Part shown: piece by piece, positions 27,560 to 40,131 of the stretch
Position numbering within the stretch: the first letter of the stretch is position 1
Layout: each line of letters begins with the position of its first letter
From: Azolla caroliniana
Taxonomy: Eukaryota; Plantae; Polypodiophyta
Length of the DNA stretch: 64,000 nucleotides
Direction of reading: 5' to 3'
Assembly (NCBI GenBank): GCA_043228905.1
Contig: JBHGNT010000012.1
Span: 9,238,001-9,302,000 of the forward strand
Made by a program: the position numbers and the translations under genes
Notes under the pieces: model-generated
Databases searched by the model: none
What the model was told of the DNA's origin: nothing
The model's input: the letters and a program-made list of their open reading frames with translations, nothing else

Positions 27560-28055
27560 CCTACTCATGTTGATAGTCTTGAATTTAACTACATTTTATA
27601 TCTAGAGATCATCAACACGCCAACTTTGTCAAAAACTTTCCTAATCTAAGAATAGAGTTTCGAAACTTTAACTTGTGTGAAATGAGAAAACCATTGTGAT
27701 ATTTGTGTATTTATTACATTTGGTAACTCGAAATCATCAACTTTAAAAATGTTCAAAAAACTACACGTTTTAAATTTTTACCAACTTCTTAAATATTAAT
27801 AAATCACTTGTGATGTTCTTGGATTTAATTACATTTCGTATCGGAAATCATCAACTTTAAAAGTATTATTCATTTAACTTAATGTTTAGATCTTTGTAAC
27901 TTGTTAAATGTTAATAATTTAGCAAACTTTATATGGTTTGAAGAACATGTGATATTGGTGTATCAAATTTCTGTATATAGCCTAAAATTGTAGAATTATA
28001 AAAGAAATCTAAAAGTGGAATGTGCGATCCTGCCACTTGTGAACGTGAACGTGTT
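27560..28055 (+). mobile_element. Orphan right end of a relative of the Sola-like transposon
   Basis: 28020-28055 ATGTGCGATCCTGCCACTTGTGAACGTGAACGTGTT matches the TIR at 45506-45541; upstream GAACATGTGATA block matches ~45428-45460; followed by TGAT. Confidence 0.75.
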
Positions 28056-29069
28056 TGATGGTAATTTGCACAACTTCAAACACAACAAGCCCACAAATTA
28101 ATAGAAGTGGTGATGTTTTTCGTAACGAAAAAGATGATGATTTCTATGCATGGTTGTAACATGTGTAGCATACCGTACGCGTACAATACGTATGCTACAT
28201 ATTTTATAAGTATTCTAAAAAAAAATTATAAGTTCTTAGAATATGTATTTATAGGTAAAATACGTTGAGTTTGAATACATTGAATACTTGAACACCACTG
28301 ATGTTGAATGCAAAGATACTTGGAATTTTTCATAATTACCAATTATCTTTATTGCCCATGGGTAAATGGTTATCTCTGTTTCAATATTTACATAATTATT
28401 TTCTTTTTCTCTACTAAAAACAAAACCCTAAAAAATTAATTACAAATTTAGGCTTAGAAAAAATGACAGTTCCAAAAGGTTGAATACGTTTAGAATACGT
28501 GTGGGTATTCTAAAACATACTCTATCTATAAAATACGCGTTTTTTAACAACAATGTTTTAATGTCAAAAACAGGATAGGCGAAGTTAGGTTTTTCGAATT
28601 GATTCATAAAGGCTCGATTAACTCACTTAAGTTGGATAACATTTGAAAAAATAAATTTATTCATAGACCAAATAAATTATCTTAATAGCCCTACATGGTA
28701 TTGTTAATAGCTCTTTGTGGGAAAACAAAAAGATCGAATAGATTGTGTGTGTGTGTGGGGGGGGGGGGGTGCGCTGCACGTTGAGGAAGGGAATGAGGGA
28801 GATGCATGCATGCGACAAACTCAACTCACTTGACTGAGTACGAAAGGAAAAAAAACGAAAAAAAAGCAAGGGAGAGGAGAGATTCCAAGAGAGATAGATT
28901 ATATTATCATCTTCGAAGGTCAAAATATGACCTATGGGATGTAACAATTTCAAACCTTACGATTGTACGAACACATGATTCGCCAAAGATAGATAGATAG
29001 ATAGATAGATAGATTATATTATCGTCTTCGGCGGTCAAATATGACCTATGAGACCAAAAAGAGAGAAAT

Positions 29070-29100
<31 letters not shown>

Positions 29101-29514
29101 CGTTCATCTCCCTATATAGGCATATGATAGGAAGAGGGGACTAAGAAGTGTTGTAACTAAGTTGATTTTACATACAATTAATTAATATAATTGTGTGCTT
29201 TTACCAAGGGACCAAGAGAGAGAGAGAGAGAGAGAGAGAGATTCATTGACTTCTGCGAATGAAAGTTCGATCCGGAGTGAGAGAGAGGGAGAGAGGTGCA
29301 TGCATGTGCGGCCACATGATTGCCACGTATGACTGCTTGGTGCCAGCCATGACTTGAAGGACAACGAGGGGGGAGTTGTTCCCCCATCCCCGCCCCCTTT
29401 TTATACAGCCCACCCAGCGAGCCATAGCCATAGGCCCATAGCCAAGAAAGCAGAGAGAGAGAGGAAGAGAGAGAGAGAGACGCTCCCACCCCATCACGTC
29501 ATCTTCGATATCTC

Positions 29515-29523
29515 TATATATAA
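29515..29523 (+). promoter_or_regulatory. Probable TATA box of FLA copy 1 (copy 2 equivalent at 48488-48496)
   Basis: TATATATAA ~130 bp upstream of the ATG, conserved in both copies, downstream of GA repeats and ACGT-core motifs. Confidence 0.5.
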
Positions 29524-29649
29524 TTAATCTCATATCTGATCTGCTTATCTATCTTTCTCCCCTTCCAAAGAAAGGGATTCAAGGGAAAAGGAGAAAAAGC
29601 TTTTAAGGCAGCTTGCTAATCCGAAATCCATTTTTAAACTACAGTTACC

Positions 29650-30546
29650 ATGGCTGCTGCTGCTCCACGCAATGCTTTCTTCTTCTTCGTCTACTCCAAC
29701 TACTCGCTGCTGCTGCTGCTATTGGCCGCCCTCTACCTCTCCTCATCTTCTTCTTCTCAGCACAACCTTGCGGCGGCGCAGACTGTGCCCAACGTGACTG
29801 ACGTGCTGACGAAGGCCGGCAATTTCAACAATTTCCTGAAACTGGCGGGCGAGGCCAACGTGGCGCAAGCTCTGCAGAACTTCATCACCCCCGCCAACAC
29901 GACGGGCGCGACGGCCTTCATCCCTGTGGACTCGGCCTTCACAGACGACATAGTGAAGGCATACGGGAATCTGAGCGCCGGGAATAAGAGCCTTGTCCTT
30001 TACTACCACGTCCTCCCCAAGTTCTACAACGCGACGGACGTGGTCAACCTCCGGAATGTGCCCACCCTCGCCACCGCCATCTCTAACTCCTCCTCCCCTA
30101 ACGCTTTCCACCTCGTCGCTGTCAACCAGTCCAGCAGCACTGCTGTCATCACCGTCTATGGCAATCTCAACTCCGCTAACGTTACCAACACAACCGTGAA
30201 CGCCAACGCCTTCCCCATCGCCATTCACCCTATCAACGCCGTCCTTCTCCCTACAGAAATCTTCGGTGCCCCTTCCCCTTCCCCTTCCCCTTCAACTTCC
30301 CCTTCCCCTTCCCCTTCAACTTCCCCTTCCCCTTCCCCTTCATCTTCATCTTCATCTTCACCTTCATCTTCACCTTCTTCCGGTAGCAACGGCACTAGCA
30401 AAGCACCTGCACCTTCTGCTTCCAGTACCAAAACAAGTGCACCTGCCCCTAACGGCACATCACACACGGCCCATGCTACCACCACTCTCTTCATCTCCCT
30501 CGCCCTCTCCCTCCTCCTCTCCTTCCACCTCATCTTCTTGGCATAG
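29650..30546 (+). CDS. FLA: Fasciclin-like arabinogalactan protein, single FAS1 domain, probably GPI-anchored (copy 1)
   Basis: Hydrophobic N-terminal signal; FAS1 H1 (TAFIPVDSAF), YH motif (LYYHVL) and H2 (IAIHPINAVLLP); Ser/Pro-rich AG region; hydrophobic C-terminal tail; intronless. Confidence 0.92.
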   Translation: MAAAAPRNAFFFFVYSNYSLLLLLLAALYLSSSSSSQHNLAAAQTVPNVTDVLTKAGNFNNFLKLAGEANVAQALQNFITPANTTGATAFIPVDSAFTDDIVKAYGNLSAGNKSLVLYYHVLPKFYNATDVVNLRNVPTLATAISNSSSPNAFHLVAVNQSSSTAVITVYGNLNSANVTNTTVNANAFPIAIHPINAVLLPTEIFGAPSPSPSPSTSPSPSPSTSPSPSPSSSSSSSPSSSPSSGSNGTSKAPAPSASSTKTSAPAPNGTSHTAHATTTLFISLALSLLLSFHLIFLA

Positions 30547-31439
30547 AATTTTTAACAACCATCCTGACTGAATGAGAACCACCCACCCACTCATGATGTC
30601 ATCTCAAACCTTGCGTCCTTCGTTGATTGCTGTTTTTCTTCTTCTCTTCCTTTTCCCTTGTATGTTCTAAATTCCCTTCTTTTCATCTGATATTTCTCAT
30701 TTTCACAATCTCAAAATTCCAAATCATTTGGACACATCTACAATCCCGCCCCCCCAAATCATTTTTGTGATCGAATAATCTATACATGGATTCCTATAAT
30801 AATCCCATCATTTTTGTACCGTACACCATATACATATGGTGCGTTTGGAATAATCTAATCTATATGTACATGGATCCCTCCCTAATTGATTTTTATATAC
30901 GTATGATGTTGTTAATGTTAATGTTAATGTATCTATGTATAGCTCATTGTGGGTCAACCGCCTCTTTAACTTATTATGATGGTAAAAAAGGAAAAGCAAA
31001 GAAAGAAAAATCACAAAACATCGTGGTAGTTTTGGAAGATACGTATTTTGAATTGTTTACACGTATGTCAACGTATTCAATTATCAATGCTCCTGGTTTG
31101 TATTTGGATCCCCTTTTTCTGATTCTTAAAAAAATAATGTTCTTGTCTCTTGTACATATTTCATTCATGTTGGTATGGGATGACAGATACATAATTATTG
31201 AGCTTGATGTTGGTTTGGGAAGGTGGTTGCAAATTTATGCTCTTTGCATTTTATTTTTTAAACATTGGATATTGTGTGATGCCTCAAACTCATCTACCTT
31301 TTTTTCCATTACATCTCAACACCTACTTTTGTAGTACACTCCAAGATACCTTTTGTTATCTTGGTACATTTATAGTTACTCCTCTAGTTACCTTTAACTA
31401 ACCTTTTAACTAAACTATGGTATAACTTCCCTAACCCTC

Positions 31440-32576
31440 ATTATCGTTACTTGGGTTAGGTGAGGGGTTTCGCCCTGTGGTTTGTTTTACCACACAATCG
31501 CATAGCTCCCCCCTTCGAGAAACCTATGTATGTCGGTTGTGCCATTGATCCGTTGTTGTGGGGGCTACATCTGTTGCGTTGCCATTACAGATCACATCTC
31601 GGTTGCTCGTGCTCGATGGCGGCCTTGGTTCGTCGTTGCTCCTGGCGGGGACTGAAGGGTTTTCTAATTCGTCATGGAGTGGACATCATGGTGAGTTGCA
31701 TCTTCTTGTGATGCTTGAGTTGTGGTAGTATATGTGGAGTGGTTAACATACGGGTTAATCCACATCTCGTGAGCATAGGTCATCCGTCCATTAGCATGAC
31801 GACAGAGAGTATAGGTGTTGGTCCTCATTGATCGGATGACAGTAAAAGGGCTGATCCATCTAGGCATCATTGATTCACCGAGTCCCCGTCGTCGGATCGG
31901 GAAAAGACTAGGACCTTTGCTCCCGTTGCGTACTCTATCGCTCGGCGGCCTTTATCTTAGCCCGCTTTTGTCGTCGTTTAGCTAGTTGTAGGTTCTTGTG
32001 TATGCTGAGCTAGAAGATATGTTCAATCTGTTGCAAGTATAGCCACCAATCCATTGCGTCGGTGCAACTATTTTTGTTGGCTAGGTCCACCTTGATGTCG
32101 GGGTGTAAACGGCGGTCTCGCCCATACTGATTTGAGTCGAGGCTTGCACCGAGGTGTTATACCCATGCATGATGAAGGCTAAGATCAACTCCCATGTTGT
32201 GTGTAATGGATTGATGAATGCAGTAAGTTGTTTAATGGTCTTGTTCATCCGTTCTTCTGGGGGTGAAATGGTGAGGTAAATATATGTTAAATGCCTAACT
32301 GTGTGGCTAATGCTTGCAATACCTCTCCACTAAACTGCAATCCTTTATATGATAGGATGCGACCTGGCCAGACATGTGGGAAAACAATCCGCTTCATCAG
32401 CTTTGTTGCTATGTTGACGACCCGTGCGTCCGGAATTGCGGTGGTTTCGGTATATTGCGCCAAGTATTCGGAGATAACTACGATATACGTGTTTCTTGCC
32501 CGCCATTCAGGAAAAGGGCCGATGATATCCCATCCTATTAACTCAAAGGGTTTAGAGACGATAATAGGTTGGAGTA
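31440..32576 (-). pseudogene. Old Gypsy integrase remnant (duplicated copy 1; continues at 47472-47904)
   Basis: PFELIGWDIIGPFP motif; collinear with 50490-52068. Confidence 0.75.
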
Positions 32577-33318
32577 TGTTGAGAGACAAGCTCAACATCG
32601 GCCGGATCGGCTGAAGAAGCCGAGGACCGGATCGGTTGGGACCGATCGGTTAGGCCGAATGCGTAAACCGGTACGCAGACCGGTGCGTAGGTAGGGCCGG
32701 ATCGGTGCGTAAACCGGGAGACCGTTAGGAAAGATATTTCGTGACGAATATATTTGGGAGTTAGTGTAGGAGCTCTTAATGAGCATTGAAGTATTGTCAG
32801 TACTTCTGTCAGTCCTTCTAGGACTTGTATAAAAGTGTTCATTGAACACACATATGTATAGAGTGTGGTGAATAGAGATTGAGTATTCATTGTTGAATAT
32901 AGTTCGTGTGTTCTCTCTCTCTCACGCTCTCTATCTCTCCCGCGTACACTGAGTAAGCTCAAGCTCTCCATTAAACCTGAGTTTTCTTCCTTCTGTTCGG
33001 TCTTCATACTTTCTTCCGCACATTACTTTTACATGGTATCAGAGCACGAGGGTTGAGAACCTCTCTGCAGCCGACACAGCTTGACGAAGAAGAACAAGAA
33101 GAACGATGGATAGAGGCATGGCGAGCTCGCTTCCAACAGAGAAGCTCGACAGAACCAACTACGCGTCCTGGTCCTACAAGATGCACCAGTACATGCTCGG
33201 GCACGGCTATTGGAGTTATGTCGAAGGAGCTAATGATGCGGCACCCGAATCGACACACAGAGACTTCTCGTAGTGGGAGCAATCGGCATGCAGGGTATTA
33301 TACTGCTTTGCGTCGTGT

Positions 33319-34400
33319 GTGGGAGAACAACTATTGAGCTATGTTCGGGATGCAAAAACGCCGAAGGGTGTGTGGGAAAATCTGAAGAAGATTTTCGCCG
33401 CGAGCACCACAGCCAGGAAGCTTCAGCTCCGACAGGAGTTGAGCAACCTACGACAACGCGACTTGTCGGTAGTGGACTTTACCTCGAAGATCAAGGATAT
33501 CTGCGACTCCCTCGCCTCCATAGAGGTGAACATCGAGGAGAGCGAGATGGTCCAGATCTGTCTCGGAGGTTTGGCGTCGAAGTTCGGAGCGTTCCGAACG
33601 GCTGTGTGTACCTGGGAGAATACGCCGTCCTTTTTCGACTTACAGTCAATGCTCCTGGTAGAGGAGAACCACGCGGGTGCGTCTACAAGCATGCACATCG
33701 ACAACAGAATGGTGTGCACGGAGAGAGATAGGCCTCGTGGACGTGGAGGACGAGGCAAGTTGGTGCGCAATGGAGGCGGCCGACAAGATCAAGGAAGAAG
33801 GCACCGAAGTGATGCCGACAGCAACTCTGGACCCTCTGGAAAAAGGGGGAGTCGAAGCGATGAGAACCGGCAAGGGAAGGCCATCGCGGAGTGCCGGTAC
33901 TGTGGCAAGAAAGGCCATAGGGAAAGTGAGTGCTGGAAGAAGCGCGCCGATTCGGAGAGAACCGGTTACGGAAACGGTTCCGGACATACCGACAAGGGAA
34001 ATCGGCAGCGATTGCACTACGCCGAAGACTCCGGGAGAGCCGGAGAAGGGTCTGCCTTCGTGACGAGACACGAAGCAAACTCAATGAAAAGGACCACCCC
34101 GAGATCGGACGAGGTGTGGTACGTAGATTCCGGCGCGTCAAACCACATGACGAGCCATAAGGAGTGGTTCGCGTACCTTGAAAAACCGATACAACCTGGA
34201 GTAGTCGCAACTGGAGACGACACTCCGCATCCGATCGCGAATGTCGGAGAAGTTCCCCTTAGCCATGTCGGGCAGAAAGGGAAACTCATGAACGTGCTGC
34301 ACGTTCCGACAATCACGAAAAACTTGGTCTCGGTCGGACAGATCGTGGACCAAGGGATGGAGGTTCGGTTTACACACCTCGGGTGCTTCATTGAGGAAGA
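33319..34400 (+). CDS. Copia B' gag-protease (partial)
   Basis: CRYCGKKGHRESEC knuckle, WYVDSGASNHMT, KNLVSVGQ. Confidence 0.85.
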
Positions 34401-34401
34401 A

Positions 34402-34845
34402 GGCCGAAGACGAGTTGGAGACAGCCAACTCGGACGAGAGTGAAAACCGATCGAAAGTAGCCGAGTCGGTTCGGATGTTTGATTCAGACACGTTGAATCA
34501 ACACCGCAAGAAGCCAAGGACCGGATCGGTTGGGACCGATCGGTTAGGCCGTTAGGAAAGATATTCCGTGAGGAATATATTTGGGAGTTAGTGTAGGAGC
34601 TCTTAATGAGCATTGAAGTATTGTCAGTACTCCAGTCAGTCCTTCTAGGGCTTGTACAAAGTGTTTATTCAACACATATATGTATAGTTTTTTGTCTTTC
34701 ATAATATGCTCTCCCTTCGGTGTCTTCTCTAAAAACACTCTCGGTCTCTCCCGCGTATACTGTGTAAGCTCAAGCTCTCCATTAAACCTGAGTGTTCTCC
34801 CTTCTGTTCTGTCTTTATACTTGCTTCCGCACGCTACTTTTTACA
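34402..34845 (+). repeat. Internal patchwork of family-B 3' region and partial LTR replacing the pre-integrase segment
   Basis: Matches 46231-46328, then LTR pieces ending ...CTTTTTACA, then integrase resumes at IDDH. Confidence 0.75.
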
Positions 34846-36994
34846 ATCGACGACCACACGCGGCACACGTGGATCTACCTCATTGAGAGGAAGAGCGAAG
34901 TCTTCGACTGTTTTCGGGACCTCAAAGGGTTCGTGGAAACGGAAACGGGACGAAAGATCAAGTGCCTGCGGTCGGATGGCAGGAAAGAGTACTTTTCTGG
35001 TCAATTCAACAGTTATCTACAACAAATGGCAATTCGGCGCGAATTCAGTTGTAGATACACGCCGGAGCAGAACGGCGTGGCCGAGAGGAAGATTCGGTCA
35101 GTTGTGGAAGCGGCACGGGCAATGTTGGAGGAGAAGAGCTTGCCCAAGTTCTACTGGACCGAGGCGGTAAGGACCACGGTATACATCCAGAACCGGATCG
35201 GAGACAAAGTGTCGGCGCACGAGCTATATTTCGGAACGAAGTCGAACTTGCGACACTCGAGGGTGCTCGATAGCATTGCGTATGTGCATGTACCGAAGGA
35301 GAAAAGGAGGAAGCTGGACGAAATGGCCGAGAAATGCATCATGGTCGATTACTCGGACGAGTAGAAGGGATATAAGTGTTATAACCCTCGCACAAAACAA
35401 GCGCACGAGGTTGTGGTTCGCGTCCTGGTACCAGCCGCCAATTCCGAACCCGGACTCCAATCCGAGTTCTGACGATGAGGTCAGCGAGGCCGAGATGCCT
35501 TCGGATGAGCCCGAAATGGAGACCCGCGAACAGAGTCTGATTTTACTCCATTTAAGTCGACCGATTGGATGACTGAGTCGGTACGAGCAGTCCGATGAAG
35601 AGTCGGCGAGTGATGGAGACTCGGCCGTGCATTCCCCGCGCAGGAAGCCGAGGAGACGGCTTACGCACAAAGAGAAAGGGAAGAAGCAGGTGTCGGATTC
35701 CGGCACGGATAGGAACGAGTCTGACCGACGCGAGTCTGACTCCGAGGGAACCGGTGACGGGTCTTTAAAGGTGAAGTCCGCGTCGACAGAGAAGGCCTCG
35801 ACATCGGCTAATGTGAGATTACGCCGAGCTACCCGCCAGAAGAATTCTGTTTTGCGGTTCAGATACAACGACTACATGGCGTATCACTATGCACATATGA
35901 CCCGTGTAGCGGAAGTGCGTGAGGCGGAGAGCTACGCAGAAGCAGCGAAGGACGCGAATTGGCGCGCCATGATGGAGGAAGAGATGCACACATTGGCGGA
36001 GAACGAGACCTGGGACCTAGTTGACGCACCAAGAGGGGTAAAACCGATCGGGTGTAGGTGGGTGTACAAGGTCAAGTACAACACCGATGGCTCGGTCAAC
36101 CGGTACAAGGCTCGACTAGTGGCAAAGGGCTACGCGCAGAAACACGACATCGACTACGATGAGACGTTTGCGCCGGTCGCGAAAATGACGACCGTCCGTA
36201 TTTTGCTCGTAGTAGCTGCGGTGAAGGGGTGGCAGTTACATCAGATGGATGTAAAGAATACATTCCTGCAAGGTTACCTTGAGGAACAGGTGTACATGAT
36301 ACAGCCCCCCGGTTTTCACTCCGAAACGAACTCCTCGGTAATATGCCGACTAAAGAAGTCCCTTTACGGACTGAAGCAAGCCCCGCGTGCCTGGAATGCG
36401 AAGATCACGCAACAACTGCGTCGGATGGGCTTCGTCATGTCAAAATCGGACTCTTCCCTGTTCATACGGAAAGGTCGACTCGGACCGGTTAGTATTTTAC
36501 TATATGTTGATGACTTGGTCATCACCGGCGCCGACCTAGGTGAAATCGACCGCGTGAAGCTCCAGCTTGCGGCATCGTTCGACATGAAGGATCCGGGGGA
36601 CCTTCATTACTTCCTCGGGATCGAAGTGATCCGTACCCCCGAAGGCATATTGATCAGCCAACGTCATTACGTGTTGAGTATGCTCTTCAAATTCGGGATG
36701 GCTGACTGCAAGTCCGTCTCGACTCCTCTGGACAGAACTGTCAAGCTTCGTCCCGATACAGGAAAGGTATGTGACCCGAGGAGGTTCCGACAAATTATCA
36801 GAAGCCTCATATATTTGACCATCACCCGACCCGACCTCAGTTGTCTAGTCGGAGTGATCAGTCAGTTCATGGCGCGACCTACCGAGGAGCACCTCCAGTG
36901 TGCGCAACGCATACTTCGGTATGTCAACGGCACTAAGAACCGGGGACTGCTATATCGGACCGGTGCAGCCGCACAGTTAGTCGGTTACACCGAT
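34846..36994 (+). pseudogene. Copia B' integrase core and RT, cut at GYTD by the DNA transposon
   Basis: LRSDG, QNGVAER, HQMDVK, LLYVDDL; resumes as ANWA at 45546. Confidence 0.9.
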
Positions 36995-37030
36995 AACACG
37001 TTCGCGTTCACAAGTGGAAGGATCGCGCAT
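36995..37030 (+). repeat. Left TIR
   Basis: AACACGTTCGCGTTCACAAGTGGAAGGATCGCGCAT. Confidence 0.95.
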
Positions 37031-37352
37031 AAATGGAAGGATAAGGGAAATTTTAGGGCTTTTTCAATGATTTTACAAAACACATTGATACCAGTATCAT
37101 ACATGTTCAAACATACTATGAAAAAGGTTAAGAATCCACTATTTTCGTGATTTAAAAGTAACTAAAAAAAGACGAATTTCAAAAAGATACATTCTCAATT
37201 TATATCATAAACTTTACAACCAATGTTATTTTATAAGAAACGATTTTTTAGAAATCATAAGAATTCAAAACACATGCTTTTATATTACTCGATTTTTTAC
37301 AAGCGGAATGTAGTTACACTTAATAGCCAAATATACATTCATGATCACTCCT

Positions 37353-40131
37353 TTACGGAGAATCACTACTATAACTAATATACAATGACGATTCCTCCTC
37401 ATCATCCTCGGATGTACCAATCAGTGCATTATCTTCATCATAAACCAAATGGTTTGACTCTAGATTATATGTAGCAGATCTCGTTTGCCTTTGACTCGAG
37501 CCACCTTGTAGACCCGATAAATTTTCTTTTATTATATCTATTGTTGACTTCCTTAATCGTCCGGCTTTTGTAAGTGTGAAGTCATACACGATGATATCCA
37601 CATCAGAGATATCAAGGGTCGAGGTGTTATGAATGTTTCGCTTCCTCTTCCTACCTCCCCTTCTTGTTGGGCATTCAATCATCTCCAATGTATACTTACC
37701 TGTAAAAGCATTTGCACTTCTAGTGTTGTACCAATGAACATTTATAGACTTGATCGTGTTTTCTATTTCATGCATTAGCACTTCTAGAATTTTACCAACC
37801 CAAAATTGGTGGCCATGTGAGTTCTCATCAGCCGGCGTTGCAATCAACATCCCCGCGGTGAGCTCTTGCAAATTGCCTTGCCATCTAGCTTCAGCTGCTT
37901 TGGTCATCCTTGGTCCCACATAAATTTCTCTTTGTTGTGGATGGACTAAGTTGTCATTAATCGCATTTACTAGTTGCTCCGGAGTTCTATTTACGCGATC
38001 ATGTTGCAGCGACCATGTGAATGGCGTTTCCAAATTCCAATTATCAACAGATACACAATTGTCTATAATTTCTTTCTAATCACTATAAAATACATCCCAC
38101 CATGACGTGTCTTGTTGTGCAACATATTTCTTGGCGGCCTCAATATGCTTTCTTTTTTCTTCTAAGGCTTGGAGCCATGACCGTTTTTGTTCCGATACCA
38201 AGTCGCTTTGCAACTGTCCTTTCTTCTCAATTGGCATTTGCTTAGCTCCATGGACAATTGTACTCGGCATACAAAGTAATAACTGGCAACCACCTTCAGG
38301 TTCCCATGTTGTAGAAGATGAATATTGTTTAGCATACAAAAGTGTAGAACCACTTATTCCATTTTTCTTTATCATAAAAATGTGATTGAAACTTATATTG
38401 TTTAACTGAGCAAGCACTTTAACATTCCCACCACCCCCATCTGATATATATCTCTTAAAGTCATATACCTCCTTCAAGTGTAACACTTTTGGGCGTGGTG
38501 TATATGCATCACAAATGATATCAAATAGTTTAGGTAAAGTGAAAGCATCATGCCGAGACAACTGTGTGGAGAATGTGCTAAACATCTGATCTATATGGTC
38601 ATGTGTGTGGCCAACCAAAAGGAAATTGACTTTCACTTTCCTAAACAATTCTAGGTTGACCAACATACTTAGATAGCCAAATACAGTTGAATTTTTGTTC
38701 TCTCTAGCAGTATTGTCCAATTGAATGTATAGAACAGGGGGGAAAGGTTGGCCCCAAGACATCAAAACTCAGTGAATCACTGTAACTGTTACGTTAGGGT
38801 CATTGTGAACATTGGGGTAAGTAATGAAGACGTGAGGTCGAACAGACCTATTATAAGCCAAGCATCCCACCAAGTGCATTTGAACAAGGCACTCATCATT
38901 GACATCTTTGGGGAGCCTCCGCATATGCGGCAAGCATGTCTTCTTCTGGTCCATGCCATCTATCATTAAGCACATGTATTGTTCGGGCCTCTTCAAACAC
39001 TTCTCTCTATGATGCATCTCCTTCTTTCGTTCTAAGGATTGTGCCTCACGATGCTCTTGTAGTAACTTCTTACTCGTATCCTTTTCCATTGATGTCTTTG
39101 CACCTTTAGCCAAACTTTTAAGATTTGCACAAATGGAGCAATACCCCATACGTACTTTACGAGGAATAATAACATTTGAAAACCGAGCTCTCCATAATCT
39201 TGTGAACTGGCTATAGGTGATAGACTTATTACGTGAGCCCAGCATATCAGATCGATAGACATCATAAACTTCCTGACGTGTATAATTATCAGAAAGATGC
39301 ATCCTACCTGTAGTGGGCATTACTTCACAATTTAACTGAAAGTAAGTTTTCATCCAACCATAGCATGTCTTCCAATTGCACCTTTCATACTTGGAACATC
39401 TTTACAATTGAGCATATGATCCCCGCTAAGTAGACGTTGTTGTACTCTATGTAGCCGCATGTTACTAACACATAACACAATTTTGAATGCAACTCTACAT
39501 ATCTGTTGCGCATGGAAGATATAATACTCGAATGATACTTTGATCCCCGTACATTTGTCAGATACTAGTTGCATATGTGACCCGAGGTAAGTGTCTTGCT
39601 CATCACCGGTCATCGAAAAATAGTATCGCCTTAATTCTCGCAACTTTGATTTCCAATCATAGACATACAACCACGGGCACAACATATTTTTTTGACATCA
39701 AATCCAATCTGTTTATCTGATGTCACCAAGCTAAATCTAGCCAGACGAATTCTTCGTGGGATTCTTCTAATATGCATAGGGCTCCCAGATTTCTCTTCCT
39801 GCATAGAGGTTGGTGTAACCTTGTTACAATCTAATTCTCTGTTGTGACCATCGCCAATGTTATTCAATGTTTCCTGGGTACTACCTTCATTCTTCGTATC
39901 TTTATTAATATCGTATTCTTCAATAGAGAACTCTTCACATGTGTCATTATTTACATTCCCTGTAGATGAGCTCAGACAATATTCTTCGATAGAATATTGT
40001 GAGTCTGTCGACAGACAATATTCTTCAATCGAATATGGTGACTTTGTTGACAAACAATACTCTTCAGTAGAAAACGATGAGTCTGATGACAAACAATATT
40101 CTTCAAACGAGAACGGTGAATCTTCACTCAT
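37353..40131 (-). pseudogene. Sola-like DDD transposase, ~920 codons, two frameshifts and two in-frame stops
   Basis: Joined ORFs 39631-40131, 39350-39685, 38769-39353, 38076-38765, 37353-38033; CCARGC, YCSIC, MIDGMDQ, QLDNTARENKN, FLLVGHTHDHIDQMFS; C-terminal FWVGKI..VHWY module. Confidence 0.8.

Noticed and set aside
28985-29480. GA and GATA microsatellites as a special element
   Set aside because: Common plant promoter repeats that vary by slippage between the two copies.
30786-31711. ORFs downstream of FLA as extra genes
   Set aside because: Frames are broken or shifted between the two duplicated copies, or overlap LTR/Gypsy remnant; no recognisable domain.
36995-37150. Novel C-terminus on the 507-aa RT ORF
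   Set aside because: It is read-through into the transposon TIR; the true frame resumes at 45546.
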